Of a stretch of DNA of 64,000 nt, positions 11,018-27,061 are shown one piece after another (position 1 is the stretch's first letter; each line of letters begins with the position of its first letter). The notes below the pieces were generated by a model. That model had not been told where the DNA came from. It searched no databases and was given only the letters and a program-made list of their open reading frames with translations. This stretch comes from a phage: the sequence record PZ386958.1. One strand, written 5' to 3'. Both the position numbers and the translations under genes were made by a program.

Positions 11018-11256
11018 ATGGGTAACACTCTACAGACACCACTAACTGATGCTGCTGTAGAGGCAACCTATGAAGAAGCAGACGAGATGAAATTTGTGCT
11101 TGCTATTTATGGTATGGAAGGGTGTAAAGAAACACTTGACCAACTCTTTGCTATGACATTCTCTGATTTATTATCATTGAGACAATTTCTTGAAATTCAG
11201 AGGTCGTATAAAGAGGAAATTGCTTACAACGAACTTAGAAGAGCAGGAAAAATGTA

Positions 11257-11257
<1 letters not shown>
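11018..11257 (+). CDS. tail assembly chaperone (putative)
   Basis: 79 aa ORF between chaperone and tape measure; stop overlaps the tape measure start. Confidence 0.3.
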
Positions 11258-16641
<5,384 letters not shown>

Positions 16642-16642
<1 letters not shown>

Positions 16643-18111
16643 TGGCAGGACTAACTACAACAGGATTACAAACTCTAAGATATCAGGAGATTTTTGATAA
16701 TATCAAATCAAGACTTCTTAGAGATATTTCACAAAACCTTGACGTTTCTGAAGACAGTCAATTAGGACTCTTCCTAGCTTCAATTGCAAGGTCTTTAGCA
16801 GATACTCATGAGATTCTATCAGAAGTCTATGACGGTGGAACAATTGACAAGGCCGAGGGCTTTAACCTTGATGATATTACCGCTTTAAACGCTGTATATA
16901 GGTATGTTGCACAGGCAACAAGAGGTCAGGTGGAGTTTACTGGAACAACTGGTGCTACCATTCCTTCAACAACAAGATTAAGAAGTACTGCCGGAAACAT
17001 CTTTTATCCAGTTAACAACATTACCCTTACCCCATCATATTGTGTTGAAGCTGTCCTTGAAGTTAACTCTTTACGAACTGATGCAGATTATGTTATTATT
17101 ATTGATAACGTCATTTTCTCATATAAACCAACCTCATCAGACACAATCACCACACTTCTAACAAAACTAGCAGAAGCTATTAATGGTGGTATTGTAGCAA
17201 AGTCAGAAGTCATTAATGACGGAGCCGCATTAAGAATCTATAAAGATGAGGGTGATATCATTGCAAGAACAAACCCTATGGTTGTCACTGCAACAACATT
17301 TCTGACCTTTACAAAAATTACAACTATTTCAGATGTAGTAGCTGAAGAGGTTGGTGATACCCCTGCTTTGGCTGGTACGCTTATTGAGATTGAGACAACT
17401 GTTGATGGTCTTGACAGTATTTATAACAGGTATGATTTAACAACTGGTAGAAACGAAGAAACTGACACAGAACTTAGACAGAGATATTTAGAGTCTTTAG
17501 CAGTTACTGGTGTAGGGACTTTAGATGCAATTGTGGCTGCTGTTAAAAGAGTTCAAGGTGTCTCAGATGCTTCAGGTGTTGAAAATGATACTGAAGAGAC
17601 AAACTCAGAAGGTCTTCCACCAAAATCTTTTAAGATTGTTGTGGTTGGTGGTCAAAATGATAATGTTGCTCAAGCAATCTGGGATACAAAACCTGCTGGT
17701 ATTAGAGCTTATGGCTCAATTTTTGGTACAGCCCATGATTTAGGTGGTTTGGCACATAATATTTATTTTAGCAGACCAACACCAAAATACGCATTTGTTA
17801 AAGTCTCTTACTCTTTATATGATGAAGAAAGCTTGACAATCCCTGAAGAGGATATCAGAGACAGCATTGTACAAGGTATTAATGCCTACGGAAGAACTCT
17901 TAAGGTTGGTAATGATGTTATCCCTAACAGAATCTATGGATATATCTATGACGTAATTAAAGGTATTGAGATTAATGAGGTTAAAGTAGCCTTATCAAAC
18001 AGCCAATCAGTCCCACCTAGTGACGGGCAGTATACTACAGCAAGAATTACTGTTGACGGTGACCAATATACTGTTTGGGAAAGCAGCCAGTATACCATCA
18101 CTAAGGAGTAA
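16642..18111 (+). CDS. baseplate J-like protein (putative)
   Basis: 489 aa ORF in the position and size range of baseplate J-family proteins. Confidence 0.35.
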
Positions 18112-18113
18112 TA

Positions 18114-18968
18114 ATGTTTGAAAAGATTGATAGTGTTTATTACAAAACACTTGATGAAAGGACTGTAACACAGTTTAAAGATAAATTTATCTATACAAGT
18201 ATCTTGAAAGCAATCACTGATGAATTACAAACTCTAGAGGATGTTTGCTGGCAGATGCACACAGAGAGAAATATCAGGACGTCAGTAGGCCAACAACTTG
18301 ATAACATTGGCTCACTGATTAAAGTTCCTAGACCTTTAGGTGCAGATGATGAAACATATAGGGCTATGCTTTATATCCAAATCTTCCTAAGACGCTCTGA
18401 CACCACCCCAACATTCTTGCAAAAAGCAATTATGACGCTATATGGTGCAACTTTCTCTCAGATTTTTGAGCATATTACTCCTAAGACTGGTGGTATCGTT
18501 ATCCGTATCAACACTAGAAAAAGCGTTCTAGATGCTGCATATACATTGTCAAAGATTTCTGCAACAACTACTGGCTCCGCTGTTATCTTAAGAGATGTTA
18601 CTTTAAAAGGAACTGCTTGGACACCTGTAGAGGTTGCTGATTCAGCGCTTGCCATTGTTGATGATAAAGAGAACTGGTTTGTAACTGATGCTAACAGAGG
18701 TCTTGTCACAAATAACACTGGTGGCTCTCTGGAGTCTAACCTAGTAGGGAGTCTTGCAGATGCTGGTGTTATTGATGGTTACTTTAGGGTTGACAGAACA
18801 GCAAACTCACAGAGTGATGACTATATGACTGTAGATGGGTCTAATAACAGTGGCTATTTTATCGTTGGTAAAGAAGCTATTGCAGGTGGTGCATACGGAA
18901 TCATGGCTGAGGTTGCACAAATTGTCAAAGGTAGAAAAGATAAATCACAACAAGAAGGAAATTCTTAA
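18114..18968 (+). CDS. baseplate/tail protein (hypothetical)
   Basis: 284 aa ORF following the J-like gene. Confidence 0.3.
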   Translation: MFEKIDSVYYKTLDERTVTQFKDKFIYTSILKAITDELQTLEDVCWQMHTERNIRTSVGQQLDNIGSLIKVPRPLGADDETYRAMLYIQIFLRRSDTTPTFLQKAIMTLYGATFSQIFEHITPKTGGIVIRINTRKSVLDAAYTLSKISATTTGSAVILRDVTLKGTAWTPVEVADSALAIVDDKENWFVTDANRGLVTNNTGGSLESNLVGSLADAGVIDGYFRVDRTANSQSDDYMTVDGSNNSGYFIVGKEAIAGGAYGIMAEVAQIVKGRKDKSQQEGNS

Positions 18969-19270
18969 TGGCAGTTTTAAATTGGTCTACGAATGAAGTG
19001 GATACTGATGGTAATCAGTTAAAAGTTTTACCACCACAGGAAATTCAAGAGACAGGTCTTTTAAAGGGTGAGCCTATGGGTAGACAGTGGTTCAACTATA
19101 TTATCAACTACCTGCTGAATAAAGTAAATGGCACTGTTGGTGAAGTTCGCTCCTATGCAACCGAGCAACCAGATTTAGTGGCTAATGGCTGGAATCTAAT
19201 TAAGTCTGAGACAGGGACTGCATCAACAAGTACAAGAAACCTTTACACATATGAATATGTAGGAGCTTAA
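18968..19270 (+). CDS. hypothetical tail protein
   Basis: 100 aa ORF preceding the tail fiber genes. Confidence 0.3.
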   Translation: MAVLNWSTNEVDTDGNQLKVLPPQEIQETGLLKGEPMGRQWFNYIINYLLNKVNGTVGEVRSYATEQPDLVANGWNLIKSETGTASTSTRNLYTYEYVGA

Positions 19271-19272
19271 TA

Positions 19273-20448
19273 ATGGCAGTAGGTGAAATTCAAATTAGTG
19301 CCTTGCCACAAGCGGCCTTACCAATTGATTTGAGTGATATCTTCCATCTTAAGCAAGGTGTTGAGGATAAAAGATGTACGCTTGAGCAATTGTTAGCACC
19401 TCACGCATCTCTGAGGAATAATCCTCATGGTGTAACCAAATCACAAGTGGGTCTTGATAATGTTATTAACTCACTCCAATTGGTCGCAGCTAATAACTTG
19501 TCAGACATTGTAGATGTTGCTGAGGCAAGAGCAAATCTACAGATTATGTCGTCAGATGAAGTGAACAGTTTAATTCAGAGACATATCGACGACAAAAGTA
19601 ACCCACACAATACAACGAAAGCACAGGTAGGGTTAAGTAATGTCCAGAACTGGACAACATCCAACTTGTACAATGAAGATGCTGATAAGTATGCTACCGC
19701 GAGAGCAGTGAATAATTTATACAAAGCTATCCAAGCATCTTATCCAGTGGGTACTATTCATCTATCTGTTAACTCTGCTAACCCATCCACTTACTTGCTT
19801 TGTGGAGGTACTTGGGAGTTAGTTTCTAAAGGTAGAGCACTAGTTGGTTATGATACAGATTCTAGACCTGTTGGTTCAACGTTTGGTTCTCAGACTGTAG
19901 CATTAACAAATAATAATTTACCAGCACATACTCACTCTATCTATTTAACAGGTGGTGGTCATACACACTCTGCAAGCGTATCTGTCTCTAGTTTTGATTA
20001 TGGTTCAAAAAGTACATCAACTTTTGATTATGGTACGAAGGCAACCGATGGTGCTGGTGCTCACGCTCACACGTTTAGTGGTACAACAAGTAATGAAGGT
20101 AACCATAACCATAGAGTGCCTATGAGGGGTAACGACAGAGGTGGGTCAAACGCTATTACTGCATCCGCTGATGCTGGTGTTGGGTATGCTGTGTATACTG
20201 ATTTGGCTGGTGCTCACACCCATAGCTTCTCAGGCACAACTGCATCATCTGGTGCTCATAGCCACACTGTTGCAATTGGTGCTCATAGCCACACTGTTAA
20301 TATTGGTTCACACAGTCATACGGGCACTGTTACTGTCTCTAGCTCTGAACATACACACTCAGGAACATCTGGTTCTGTTGGTGGTGGTCAAGCATTCAGT
20401 GTTGAGCAGCCATCTTTTGTAGTATATGTGTGGCAGAGAACAGCTTAA
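19273..20448 (+). CDS. tail fiber protein (short) with phage-fiber repeats and His-rich distal tip
   Basis: Tandem N-terminal motifs NPHGVTKSQVGLDNV and NPHNTTKAQVGLSNV; C-terminal HTHS/AHSHTV repeats; ends WQRTA. Confidence 0.7.
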   Translation: MAVGEIQISALPQAALPIDLSDIFHLKQGVEDKRCTLEQLLAPHASLRNNPHGVTKSQVGLDNVINSLQLVAANNLSDIVDVAEARANLQIMSSDEVNSLIQRHIDDKSNPHNTTKAQVGLSNVQNWTTSNLYNEDADKYATARAVNNLYKAIQASYPVGTIHLSVNSANPSTYLLCGGTWELVSKGRALVGYDTDSRPVGSTFGSQTVALTNNNLPAHTHSIYLTGGGHTHSASVSVSSFDYGSKSTSTFDYGTKATDGAGAHAHTFSGTTSNEGNHNHRVPMRGNDRGGSNAITASADAGVGYAVYTDLAGAHTHSFSGTTASSGAHSHTVAIGAHSHTVNIGSHSHTGTVTVSSSEHTHSGTSGSVGGGQAFSVEQPSFVVYVWQRTA

Positions 20449-20458
20449 TTTCTTTACA

Positions 20459-20478
20459 GGGGCTTTATAGCCCCTTTT
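20459..20478 (+). terminator. rho-independent terminator
   Basis: GGGGCT / AGCCCC stem, TTAT loop, then TTTT. Confidence 0.5.
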
Positions 20479-20494
20479 AAGAGGAAAATTCATA

Positions 20495-22849
20495 ATGGCA
20501 GATTACAAATTGAGTCAATTAAACTCAATCGACACAATTCGTTCAGAAGACCTATTGCACATCAGAGTTAAGAAAAGACCTGAAATGTTGGGTGACGAAG
20601 ACCGTAGAATGACCTATCAAGACTTCTTAGCTTCCTTCAAACTAGAAAGGTTTGTTCAGATTGCTGGAAGCACTATGACTGGGGATTTAGGTATTGTCAA
20701 GTTACTTTACGGTGGAAAGTCTGTATTTGACCCTACAGGCTCTTCTGAGATTACTATTGGGGATGTTTTAAAGACTTTTAAACTTAACGCAAATGGTCTT
20801 AAACTAACTATTGCAGACTCTTCAAGGTCAGCAACTGTTTATCATACTCTGAATAAGCCAAGTCCTAATGAGCTTGGTATGAGAACTAATGAAGAGAATG
20901 ATGCAAGATATGCAATACTTGCTGTTACAAACACATTCTCTGGGACTCAGAACATTCAAGGTGATGCTAACTTACTTCGCCTTAGAAACCAAAATGCAAA
21001 TAATGCACAATACATTGAAGGTGTAAACCTAGATGGTTCAGCTAGATGGTGGGTTGGCATTGGTAGTAATGGCTCTGACGAAGTAAAACTGTACAATAAC
21101 AAATACAACTCAGCCTTGACTGTTGCAAGTAATATCTCTGTTAATAAATCTTTAGCAATCACTGGTCAAGTCCAACCTTCTGATTTCTCTAACTTAGATG
21201 CTAGATACTTTACTCAGACGGCAGCTAATCAGAGATTTGCACAGTTAGCTGGTAATAACACATTTAGAGGCTCTAACACTTTCACTAATTTTGTTATTAA
21301 GAAGAATGCTAATGCTATTACTATTCAAAATGTAGATACAACTGCACCTTTGTATATCCAAGCAAGGAAGTCAGATGGAACTAATAAGTGGTACATTGGT
21401 AATGACGGTGATGAAAACATTGTAAACATCTACAACTATTTAGCAAAAACACACGTCTCACTAGGTAACACCATTACCATGAGCAAAACAGTCCAAATCA
21501 CTGGTCAGGTTCAACCTTCGGATTGGACTAATATTGATTCTAGATATATTCCGGCAGCAACATTAAGTACAATTGCAAGAACTAATACTACTAACACATT
21601 CTCTGCACAACAGATTATCAACTCTGATGGTGAAGCTCTTGTGTTACGAGCAAAAACTGCAACGGCCTTATACATTAAGGGAAAGGCTGTTGATGGAACC
21701 AGCAAGTGGTATATCGGTAATGGTGATGCCAGTGGTGACATCTTAAACCTATATAACTACAAGACAGGTAAAGGTCTTAACATTGGTTCAGTATTTGAAA
21801 TGAATGCAAATTTATCAATCACTGGACAAGTTCAACCTTCAGATTTCTCTAACTTAGATGCTAGATATTTCTTAAAAACAAAGCTGTTAAACCAATCTTT
21901 AATGACAAGGACAACTAATAGATTGGATGACCCATCATCATTCAATAAAGATTTTTCAGGGTTTGTAAGAAACAATGGTATTGAGCAGGGTCTGAAAGAT
22001 TTAGCCATCCACGTAGCACATGCTGCTGGTATTGCTCATGCCAGAGGTATTGCTTTTACATATGGGTCTAAAAATCTTGATGTCTTCACATATGCTTATG
22101 GAGCAGATGGAGCATATGTTGGAGAGGCGCAGTTGTACTCAACGGCATTTAAACCATCTCCTTCAGATATTGGTGCATACACTAAAGCAGAAACTGACCA
22201 GAAGATTGCACAGGCAGTAAGTGACTCTACAGACCTTAATAAAATCTATCCAGTAGGTATTGTAACGTGGTTTAACAGTAATGTTAACCCTAATACAGCA
22301 CTTCCTGGTCTAACTTGGACGTACCTGAACAATGGTGTTGGTAGAACTATTAGAATTGCAGCAGCAAATGGTTCAGATGTTGCTACAACTGGTGGTTCAG
22401 ACTCTGTAACGTTGTCTGTTGGTAACTTACCTTCACATACACACAGTTTCTCCGCTACCACTTCATCATTTGATTATGGTACTAAGACAACCAACACTAC
22501 TGGTGACCATAGCCACAACAGAGGTAACATGGAAATCTCTGGTGTGTTTGGTTGGTTCAGAAGCGACAGTGGTGCATTTTACACTGCGAGTGGTGCGTTT
22601 GTGATGGGTGGTAGTCAGGCTTCGCATGGCTTCACAGGCTCTCAATTCACTTACGGTGCTCCTGTTGATTTCCACGCGTCAAGAACTTGGACAGGTGTAA
22701 CAAATACAACCGGTAACCATGCTCACAGTGTTGGTATTGGTGCTCACAACCACACAGTTAGTGGTAATACTGGTGGTACAGGTTCTGGTTCAGCATTTAG
22801 TGTTACTAACCAGTTCTATAAGTTAATGGCTTGGGTAAGGACTGCTTAA
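20495..22849 (+). CDS. tail fiber protein (long) with three internal domain repeats and His-rich distal tip
   Basis: 784 aa; three repeats of ITGQVQPSD(F/W)(S/T)N(L/I)D(A/S)RY; C-terminal LPSHTHSFS / FDYGTKTT / NHAHSVGIGAHNHTV; ends WVRTA like the preceding fiber. Confidence 0.7.
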   Translation: MADYKLSQLNSIDTIRSEDLLHIRVKKRPEMLGDEDRRMTYQDFLASFKLERFVQIAGSTMTGDLGIVKLLYGGKSVFDPTGSSEITIGDVLKTFKLNANGLKLTIADSSRSATVYHTLNKPSPNELGMRTNEENDARYAILAVTNTFSGTQNIQGDANLLRLRNQNANNAQYIEGVNLDGSARWWVGIGSNGSDEVKLYNNKYNSALTVASNISVNKSLAITGQVQPSDFSNLDARYFTQTAANQRFAQLAGNNTFRGSNTFTNFVIKKNANAITIQNVDTTAPLYIQARKSDGTNKWYIGNDGDENIVNIYNYLAKTHVSLGNTITMSKTVQITGQVQPSDWTNIDSRYIPAATLSTIARTNTTNTFSAQQIINSDGEALVLRAKTATALYIKGKAVDGTSKWYIGNGDASGDILNLYNYKTGKGLNIGSVFEMNANLSITGQVQPSDFSNLDARYFLKTKLLNQSLMTRTTNRLDDPSSFNKDFSGFVRNNGIEQGLKDLAIHVAHAAGIAHARGIAFTYGSKNLDVFTYAYGADGAYVGEAQLYSTAFKPSPSDIGAYTKAETDQKIAQAVSDSTDLNKIYPVGIVTWFNSNVNPNTALPGLTWTYLNNGVGRTIRIAAANGSDVATTGGSDSVTLSVGNLPSHTHSFSATTSSFDYGTKTTNTTGDHSHNRGNMEISGVFGWFRSDSGAFYTASGAFVMGGSQASHGFTGSQFTYGAPVDFHASRTWTGVTNTTGNHAHSVGIGAHNHTVSGNTGGTGSGSAFSVTNQFYKLMAWVRTA
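21158..21870 (+). repeat. three tandem ~330-bp coding repeats inside the long tail fiber gene
   Basis: Near-identical ~50-nt cores ATCACTGG(T/A)CA(A/G)GT(C/T)CAACCTTC... starting near 21158, 21497 and 21818. Confidence 0.7.
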
Positions 22850-22866
22850 TCACCTGTTGACTGATT

Positions 22867-22895
22867 GTTAAGATGGTGTTAATATTCTTTATAGG
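22867..22895 (+). promoter_or_regulatory. sigma70-like promoter with extended -10 (TTGACT-17-TGTTAATAT)
   Basis: TTGACT at 22867-22872, 17-nt spacer, TGT then TAATAT at 22890-22895; overlapped by a 9-bp inverted repeat AAGATGGTG (22880-22888) / CACCATCTT (22912-22920). Confidence 0.5.
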
Positions 22896-22928
22896 TATTC
22901 TCACCATCTTGGCTGATGAGGTGATTAA

Positions 22929-23126
22929 ATGCCTACAATCCTAGCAATTCTTCTAAAAAATCTAGGTAGCTTCTTCTGGAAACTCATTTTATCCCTTCTA
23001 AGTGAATACATGATTGAGAAAGTGTTCTTTAAGCTTGCAAGATACCTTGCGAGTAAAACAGATACACCTATTGATGATGAGTTCGTAGATAACTTAGAAA
23101 AAGCTTTTAAGGGGGAGAATAAATGA
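22929..23126 (+). CDS. small membrane protein (holin-like candidate)
   Basis: 65 aa with hydrophobic N-terminal segment (ILAILLKNLGSFFWKLILSLL). Confidence 0.3.
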   Translation: MPTILAILLKNLGSFFWKLILSLLSEYMIEKVFFKLARYLASKTDTPIDDEFVDNLEKAFKGENK

Positions 23127-23494
23127 AGTGGCTAGAGGAAGCTTTTAAAAATAATATTGGTGCAATTGTTGTTGGTATTTTTAGTGTTATTGGGATGTAT
23201 ACCACCATGCAAGTTTCAAGTGGTAAGCAAGAAGTGTCTGTCACAACAAAGTTACAGCAGCTAGATAATTATTCCAAAGGTAACTATTCAGCTATTCGTG
23301 ATTTACAGTCTGACATGAGACTGATTCAGCTAGGGATGGAGAACCAGAAAGTTCAGTTAGAGAATGTTAAGGGTGAAAACGCAAAACTTACCAAAACCCT
23401 TGATAAATTCTCTGACAGTGTGAACAATCTGGCTCAATCAGTATCAGCCTTGCAAGCTATTACTGAAAAGAACACAAAGAATACTGAAAAATAA
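23123..23494 (+). CDS. membrane-anchored coiled-coil protein (hypothetical)
   Basis: 123 aa with N-terminal TM segment (IGAIVVGIFSVIGMY) and a Gln/Leu-rich predicted coil. Confidence 0.3.
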   Translation: MKWLEEAFKNNIGAIVVGIFSVIGMYTTMQVSSGKQEVSVTTKLQQLDNYSKGNYSAIRDLQSDMRLIQLGMENQKVQLENVKGENAKLTKTLDKFSDSVNNLAQSVSALQAITEKNTKNTEK

Positions 23495-23500
23495 AATTTA

Positions 23501-23527
23501 AGGCTCCTTTTTACGGGAGCCTTTTTG
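23501..23527. terminator. bidirectional rho-independent terminator between convergent units
   Basis: AGGCTCC / GGAGCCT stem flanked by A-run upstream and T-run downstream; lies between the + strand 23494 stop and the - strand 23531 stop. Confidence 0.65.
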
Positions 23528-23530
23528 TTT

Positions 23531-24430
23531 TTACTTGCCTACTGACAGAGGTGCTTCAATCTTTCCTGCATGTTGGTAGTTGTTAATGCCACCAATAAAA
23601 TCACTTGCAGTAAGATGTTTCAGGTCACTTAAAGTATTAAGTGGGATACCAATCTCAAAAGTAGGTGCATGGAACTCTTCATTGCTCATCAGTTCATAAA
23701 CCTGCTTCATATGGTTCTGATAAATCTGAGTATCCCCAAAGACACCTATCAAGTATCGTGGAGTATATCCAGTCATCTTGCAAAGAACTTCCAGAATAAA
23801 ACCATAGGATGCAATGTTAAATGGAAGTCCTAAAAAGGTGTCTACAGAACGCTGATACCATTGTAAGTCAACTTCACCTTCGTTAGTGATATAAATCTGA
23901 AACAGAACATGACAAGGTGCTAAAGCCATTGAGTTAGCTGCAATATCTGCTGCATTCCAAGCATTAACAAGCATGTAGCGGTCTGTGATATCACCCTTCA
24001 TCTTCGTTACTAAGGTCTCTAGCTGGTCTACAACACAACCGTTATGACCTTCAAAGTTTCTCCACTGAACCCCATAGATTCTTCCACCTGCATCTTCTAA
24101 CCAATCTTGTTCAGAAGAATAATTAGAACTTAACCAGCGTTTAAAATCATCTGACCAGATAGTCCAGCGTTCTCCGTCATTTTCATCCCAAGTACGGTAA
24201 CGAAGTTCACCCAGCTTATTCTCACCATTCAGGAACCATAAAGCTTCCCCAATAACTTGCCGTGTAAACACCTGTTTAGATGTTAAGAGCGGGAAACCAG
24301 TCCTCATATCAAAACGAAACTGAGGTGGAGCAAAAGCAGAGATAACATCTCCAGTTCGTGTAGTACGCAGTTCGCCAACTGATAAAACATGGTTCAGGAT
24401 ATTTTTGTAACTTGAATCTGCTTGTGACAT
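23531..24430 (-). CDS. td: thymidylate synthase
   Basis: ThyA hallmarks including the active-site region MALAPCHVLFQIY; 299 aa. Confidence 0.85.
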   Translation of the reverse strand: MSQADSSYKNILNHVLSVGELRTTRTGDVISAFAPPQFRFDMRTGFPLLTSKQVFTRQVIGEALWFLNGENKLGELRYRTWDENDGERWTIWSDDFKRWLSSNYSSEQDWLEDAGGRIYGVQWRNFEGHNGCVVDQLETLVTKMKGDITDRYMLVNAWNAADIAANSMALAPCHVLFQIYITNEGEVDLQWYQRSVDTFLGLPFNIASYGFILEVLCKMTGYTPRYLIGVFGDTQIYQNHMKQVYELMSNEEFHAPTFEIGIPLNTLSDLKHLTASDFIGGINNYQHAGKIEAPLSVGK

Positions 24431-24431
24431 A

Positions 24432-24977
24432 TCAAAAGTGTCCTTTTACTTGTGGAGCATAAGTTTCAAAAGTTGCTTTACCATCCTCTGATGGTTTTGA
24501 CTGTACCTTTGTAAATATACGGTTATCATACAACTTTTCAAAGAAGTTTTCAAAAGGTAAATGAACAGTAGCCTCTTCAGTAACTTTATGGAAAACTGTA
24601 TGGAACACTACATCAGCATACGGTAAAGCATTGACAAGAACACCTGCACCACCAATTACAAAGACATCTTCATCAATAGAGCTATCAAGATACTTCAAAA
24701 ATGCTCCAAATGACTCTTTAGTGGCCTTAGCATACATTATCTCATCTTTGTCAAATTCTATGCCTAAATACGGTACAGAGTTTGTTAAGATAAGGTTTGC
24801 ACGTTCTGGTAAAGGTTTACTACCCAGAGTCTTAAAAGTCTCGTTACCCATCACTACTAAGTTGTTTTTAGTGAGTCTCTTAAACTCTTGCATATCCTGT
24901 TTATGTCGAGGCCACGGCATACCAGTTGGAGTACCAAACTCACCGTTTTCACCACTTGCAAATATTAGCTTAATCAT
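24432..24977 (-). CDS. frd: dihydrofolate reductase
   Basis: DHFR N-terminal pattern MIKLIFASGENGEFG ... MPW ... VVMGNETFKTLG; directly upstream of td. Confidence 0.8.
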   Translation of the reverse strand: MIKLIFASGENGEFGTPTGMPWPRHKQDMQEFKRLTKNNLVVMGNETFKTLGSKPLPERANLILTNSVPYLGIEFDKDEIMYAKATKESFGAFLKYLDSSIDEDVFVIGGAGVLVNALPYADVVFHTVFHKVTEEATVHLPFENFFEKLYDNRIFTKVQSKPSEDGKATFETYAPQVKGHF

Positions 24978-25234
24978 TTTGTAAACCCTTTCTTAATGAA
25001 CCAATTGATAACATTCTTCACAGCTTTATTGCTATGGTAGATTAAGTGTGGTGTGGGTTGATATGAACCATAAGCCCAGAAAGCAATGATTTCACTACAC
25101 CCTGTGCACCTCGTACTCTCTTCAGCAATATGACCGTTGACTATTTCACTCACCTCACCTTGTAAGTCTGTACACCCACAATGTGGACAACGGATAGGTG
25201 TTCCATCAGACTCATAGCAGTGTTCAATTTTCAT
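24974..25234 (-). CDS. zinc-ribbon protein (hypothetical)
   Basis: 86 aa with CPHCGC ... CTGC cysteine pairs. Confidence 0.4.
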   Translation of the reverse strand: MKIEHCYESDGTPIRCPHCGCTDLQGEVSEIVNGHIAEESTRCTGCSEIIAFWAYGSYQPTPHLIYHSNKAVKNVINWFIKKGFTK

Positions 25235-25753
25235 CTATTTAACCTCAAAAACTGGCTCAAGAACCAATATAAAGTCTACACAGTCATCTTCTTCATCCAG
25301 AATACCATCAAAGTTCTTAGGAACGAAGTCGAAGAGGCTCATAACAAAGCAGTCAGAAGTAACCCTAATAGTGCCTCCCATATTCTCTACAGTCAACACT
25401 GTACGGCTTTCTTTTACCTCTCTCAGAAGATTACTCACAAAGTCATCTAAGAAGTACTTCATCAGTGACTTAAAACCTTTAGGGTAATCTGTACCAGAGT
25501 ATGTTTCAATCTGAGGCACAAGCTTAACATTTATGCTAGTCTTTGCTAATAAGAATGTGCTAGAGAATATGCTATCAGGTAGCTTGCAAACAATCTTTCC
25601 AGTACCTTCATGTTCAATCTCAACAAAACCAGCTTCATCGCCACATGTAACTATTTTAAAAGATGCTTCATTCTCACACTGTGAAGCCATAAACTTCTTA
25701 AGCATCACTTTAAGGAAATCTGCATGAGCATCTTGTAAGTAGATATCAATCAT
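25235..25753 (-). CDS. hypothetical protein
   Basis: 172 aa ORF, coding density and co-orientation. Confidence 0.4.
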   Translation of the reverse strand: MIDIYLQDAHADFLKVMLKKFMASQCENEASFKIVTCGDEAGFVEIEHEGTGKIVCKLPDSIFSSTFLLAKTSINVKLVPQIETYSGTDYPKGFKSLMKYFLDDFVSNLLREVKESRTVLTVENMGGTIRVTSDCFVMSLFDFVPKNFDGILDEEDDCVDFILVLEPVFEVK

Positions 25754-25766
25754 AGTTAATCACCTA

Positions 25767-26126
25767 TTATGGGAACAGACACTTAATGTCGTCGTTTTTG
25801 AAAACGAAACTTGTGTAGTTGTGACCGTCAACATCCAGCCAAACAGCCTGAACATCTACACCATCAAGATTTTGGTAAAGCTCTTTGATGAAGTGGTCTT
25901 TTACAATCTGACTGCTAGTTGTTTCCAGTTTAATATTCGAGATTGCTGAACCTACAGCCATATAACCCATGACACGTTTCTTCTCAGTATGCTTAATCTT
26001 TCCATCTTTGTAAGCCATAATGAGATTGGAAAGAATTTTTACACCATAATACTTTTCAAGGTGAGTAGGTACACCATAAAAGCCTAATGCGAAATTTTCA
26101 GAGTGGATAATGTTTTCACGTTTCAT
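25767..26126 (-). CDS. hypothetical protein
   Basis: 119 aa ORF. Confidence 0.4.
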   Translation of the reverse strand: MKRENIIHSENFALGFYGVPTHLEKYYGVKILSNLIMAYKDGKIKHTEKKRVMGYMAVGSAISNIKLETTSSQIVKDHFIKELYQNLDGVDVQAVWLDVDGHNYTSFVFKNDDIKCLFP

Positions 26127-26127
26127 A

Positions 26128-26457
26128 TTAATCTGCCAACCTTAAATTGAAATTAACACCAAATTTTTCACATACTGCCAACATATACTCAAGGGAAACA
26201 TTCCCAGTAAGGTGGATTATGTTGGATACACGAGCCTGAGAGATACCACAAATTTTAGCAACTTGCTCTTGAGAAAGACCTCTGGATTTAATCTCTCTCT
26301 TAAAACGATGTGCAACGAAATCTCTCATTTCGTCTACATCCATTGGACAAATATAACTCTCCATTTCATCCTCTCTATCAGCCTCCCAATCATCTTGTGG
26401 GGCATAAGGGTCAAAAACCTCATTCATCTTTCTTCTTCCGTTTGCGTGAAGTGTCAA
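26128..26457 (-). CDS. HTH (XRE-like) DNA-binding protein
   Basis: LSQEQVAKICGISQARVSNIIHLTGNVSLEYMLAVCEKFG matches a helix-turn-helix of the XRE/Cro type. Confidence 0.55.
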   Translation of the reverse strand: MTLHANGRRKMNEVFDPYAPQDDWEADREDEMESYICPMDVDEMRDFVAHRFKREIKSRGLSQEQVAKICGISQARVSNIIHLTGNVSLEYMLAVCEKFGVNFNLRLAD

Positions 26458-26632
26458 TCAACGAATCTATGTTTGTAGCCCTAACCTTTTCACGTTCATC
26501 GTTAAGATAATCATCAAGAGCCTTTTCAATCTGTGAATCATCTTGACAGATAACTGTAAAGACTGTAAAGCCATCTGTATCGTCAATTATCTTACCATAA
26601 CCGCTTCTGGGATGTAACTTTTTAAGAGCCAT
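26420..26632 (-). CDS. hypothetical protein
   Basis: 70 aa ORF overlapping the HTH gene start, basic C-terminus. Confidence 0.3.
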   Translation of the reverse strand: MALKKLHPRSGYGKIIDDTDGFTVFTVICQDDSQIEKALDDYLNDEREKVRATNIDSLIDTSRKRKKKDE

Positions 26633-26633
26633 A

Positions 26634-27017
26634 TCAAATACCTGTGCAGCTTCTGTTTTCTAAGAAATACTCAACACCATACATAGCTTTTTGCATCAAA
26701 TCTTCTTTAAACTGGATACGGTGGTTGAGCATCGCCTGTACATCAATATCATCATGGTGCTTCTCTTTAATGTTTGCAGATTGCAGGAAATACTCTGCAA
26801 GAACACGATACTGATAGTCAGTTACCTTATCAGTCATCTCTGTTAAAGACTCTTCAGAGATTGGTTTAAGTAACTCACCATTAGTCAAAGCAACACCTTT
26901 AACAATCTGGCAAGTGTCTTTTGGAACACCTGATAAGTCCACATTTGGAAGTTCTGTTGCATTGACTGGTAAATTCATTGCCATAACCATTGCAGCAGCT
27001 AATAAAGTCTTTTTCAT
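26634..27017 (-). CDS. secreted/periplasmic protein with signal peptide (hypothetical)
   Basis: N-terminal MKKTLLAAAMVMAMNLPVNA signal-peptide-like segment; preceded by a long structured leader. Confidence 0.45.
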   Translation of the reverse strand: MKKTLLAAAMVMAMNLPVNATELPNVDLSGVPKDTCQIVKGVALTNGELLKPISEESLTEMTDKVTDYQYRVLAEYFLQSANIKEKHHDDIDVQAMLNHRIQFKEDLMQKAMYGVEYFLENRSCTGI

Positions 27018-27061
27018 AATGACCTCAAAGTTATATTAAATTTTGTATTACATTGAGTATA

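Noticed and set aside
20263-20330. Short tandem DNA repeats (GGTGCTCATAGCCACACTGTT twice) considered as CRISPR-like or VNTR
   Set aside because: They are in-frame coding repeats of the fiber HxH motif, with no spacer/repeat architecture
24631-25450. Plus-strand ORFs (24631..24984, 25181..25450) opposite frd and neighbouring minus-strand genes
   Set aside because: Antisense to motif-supported genes such as DHFR; typical shadow ORFs
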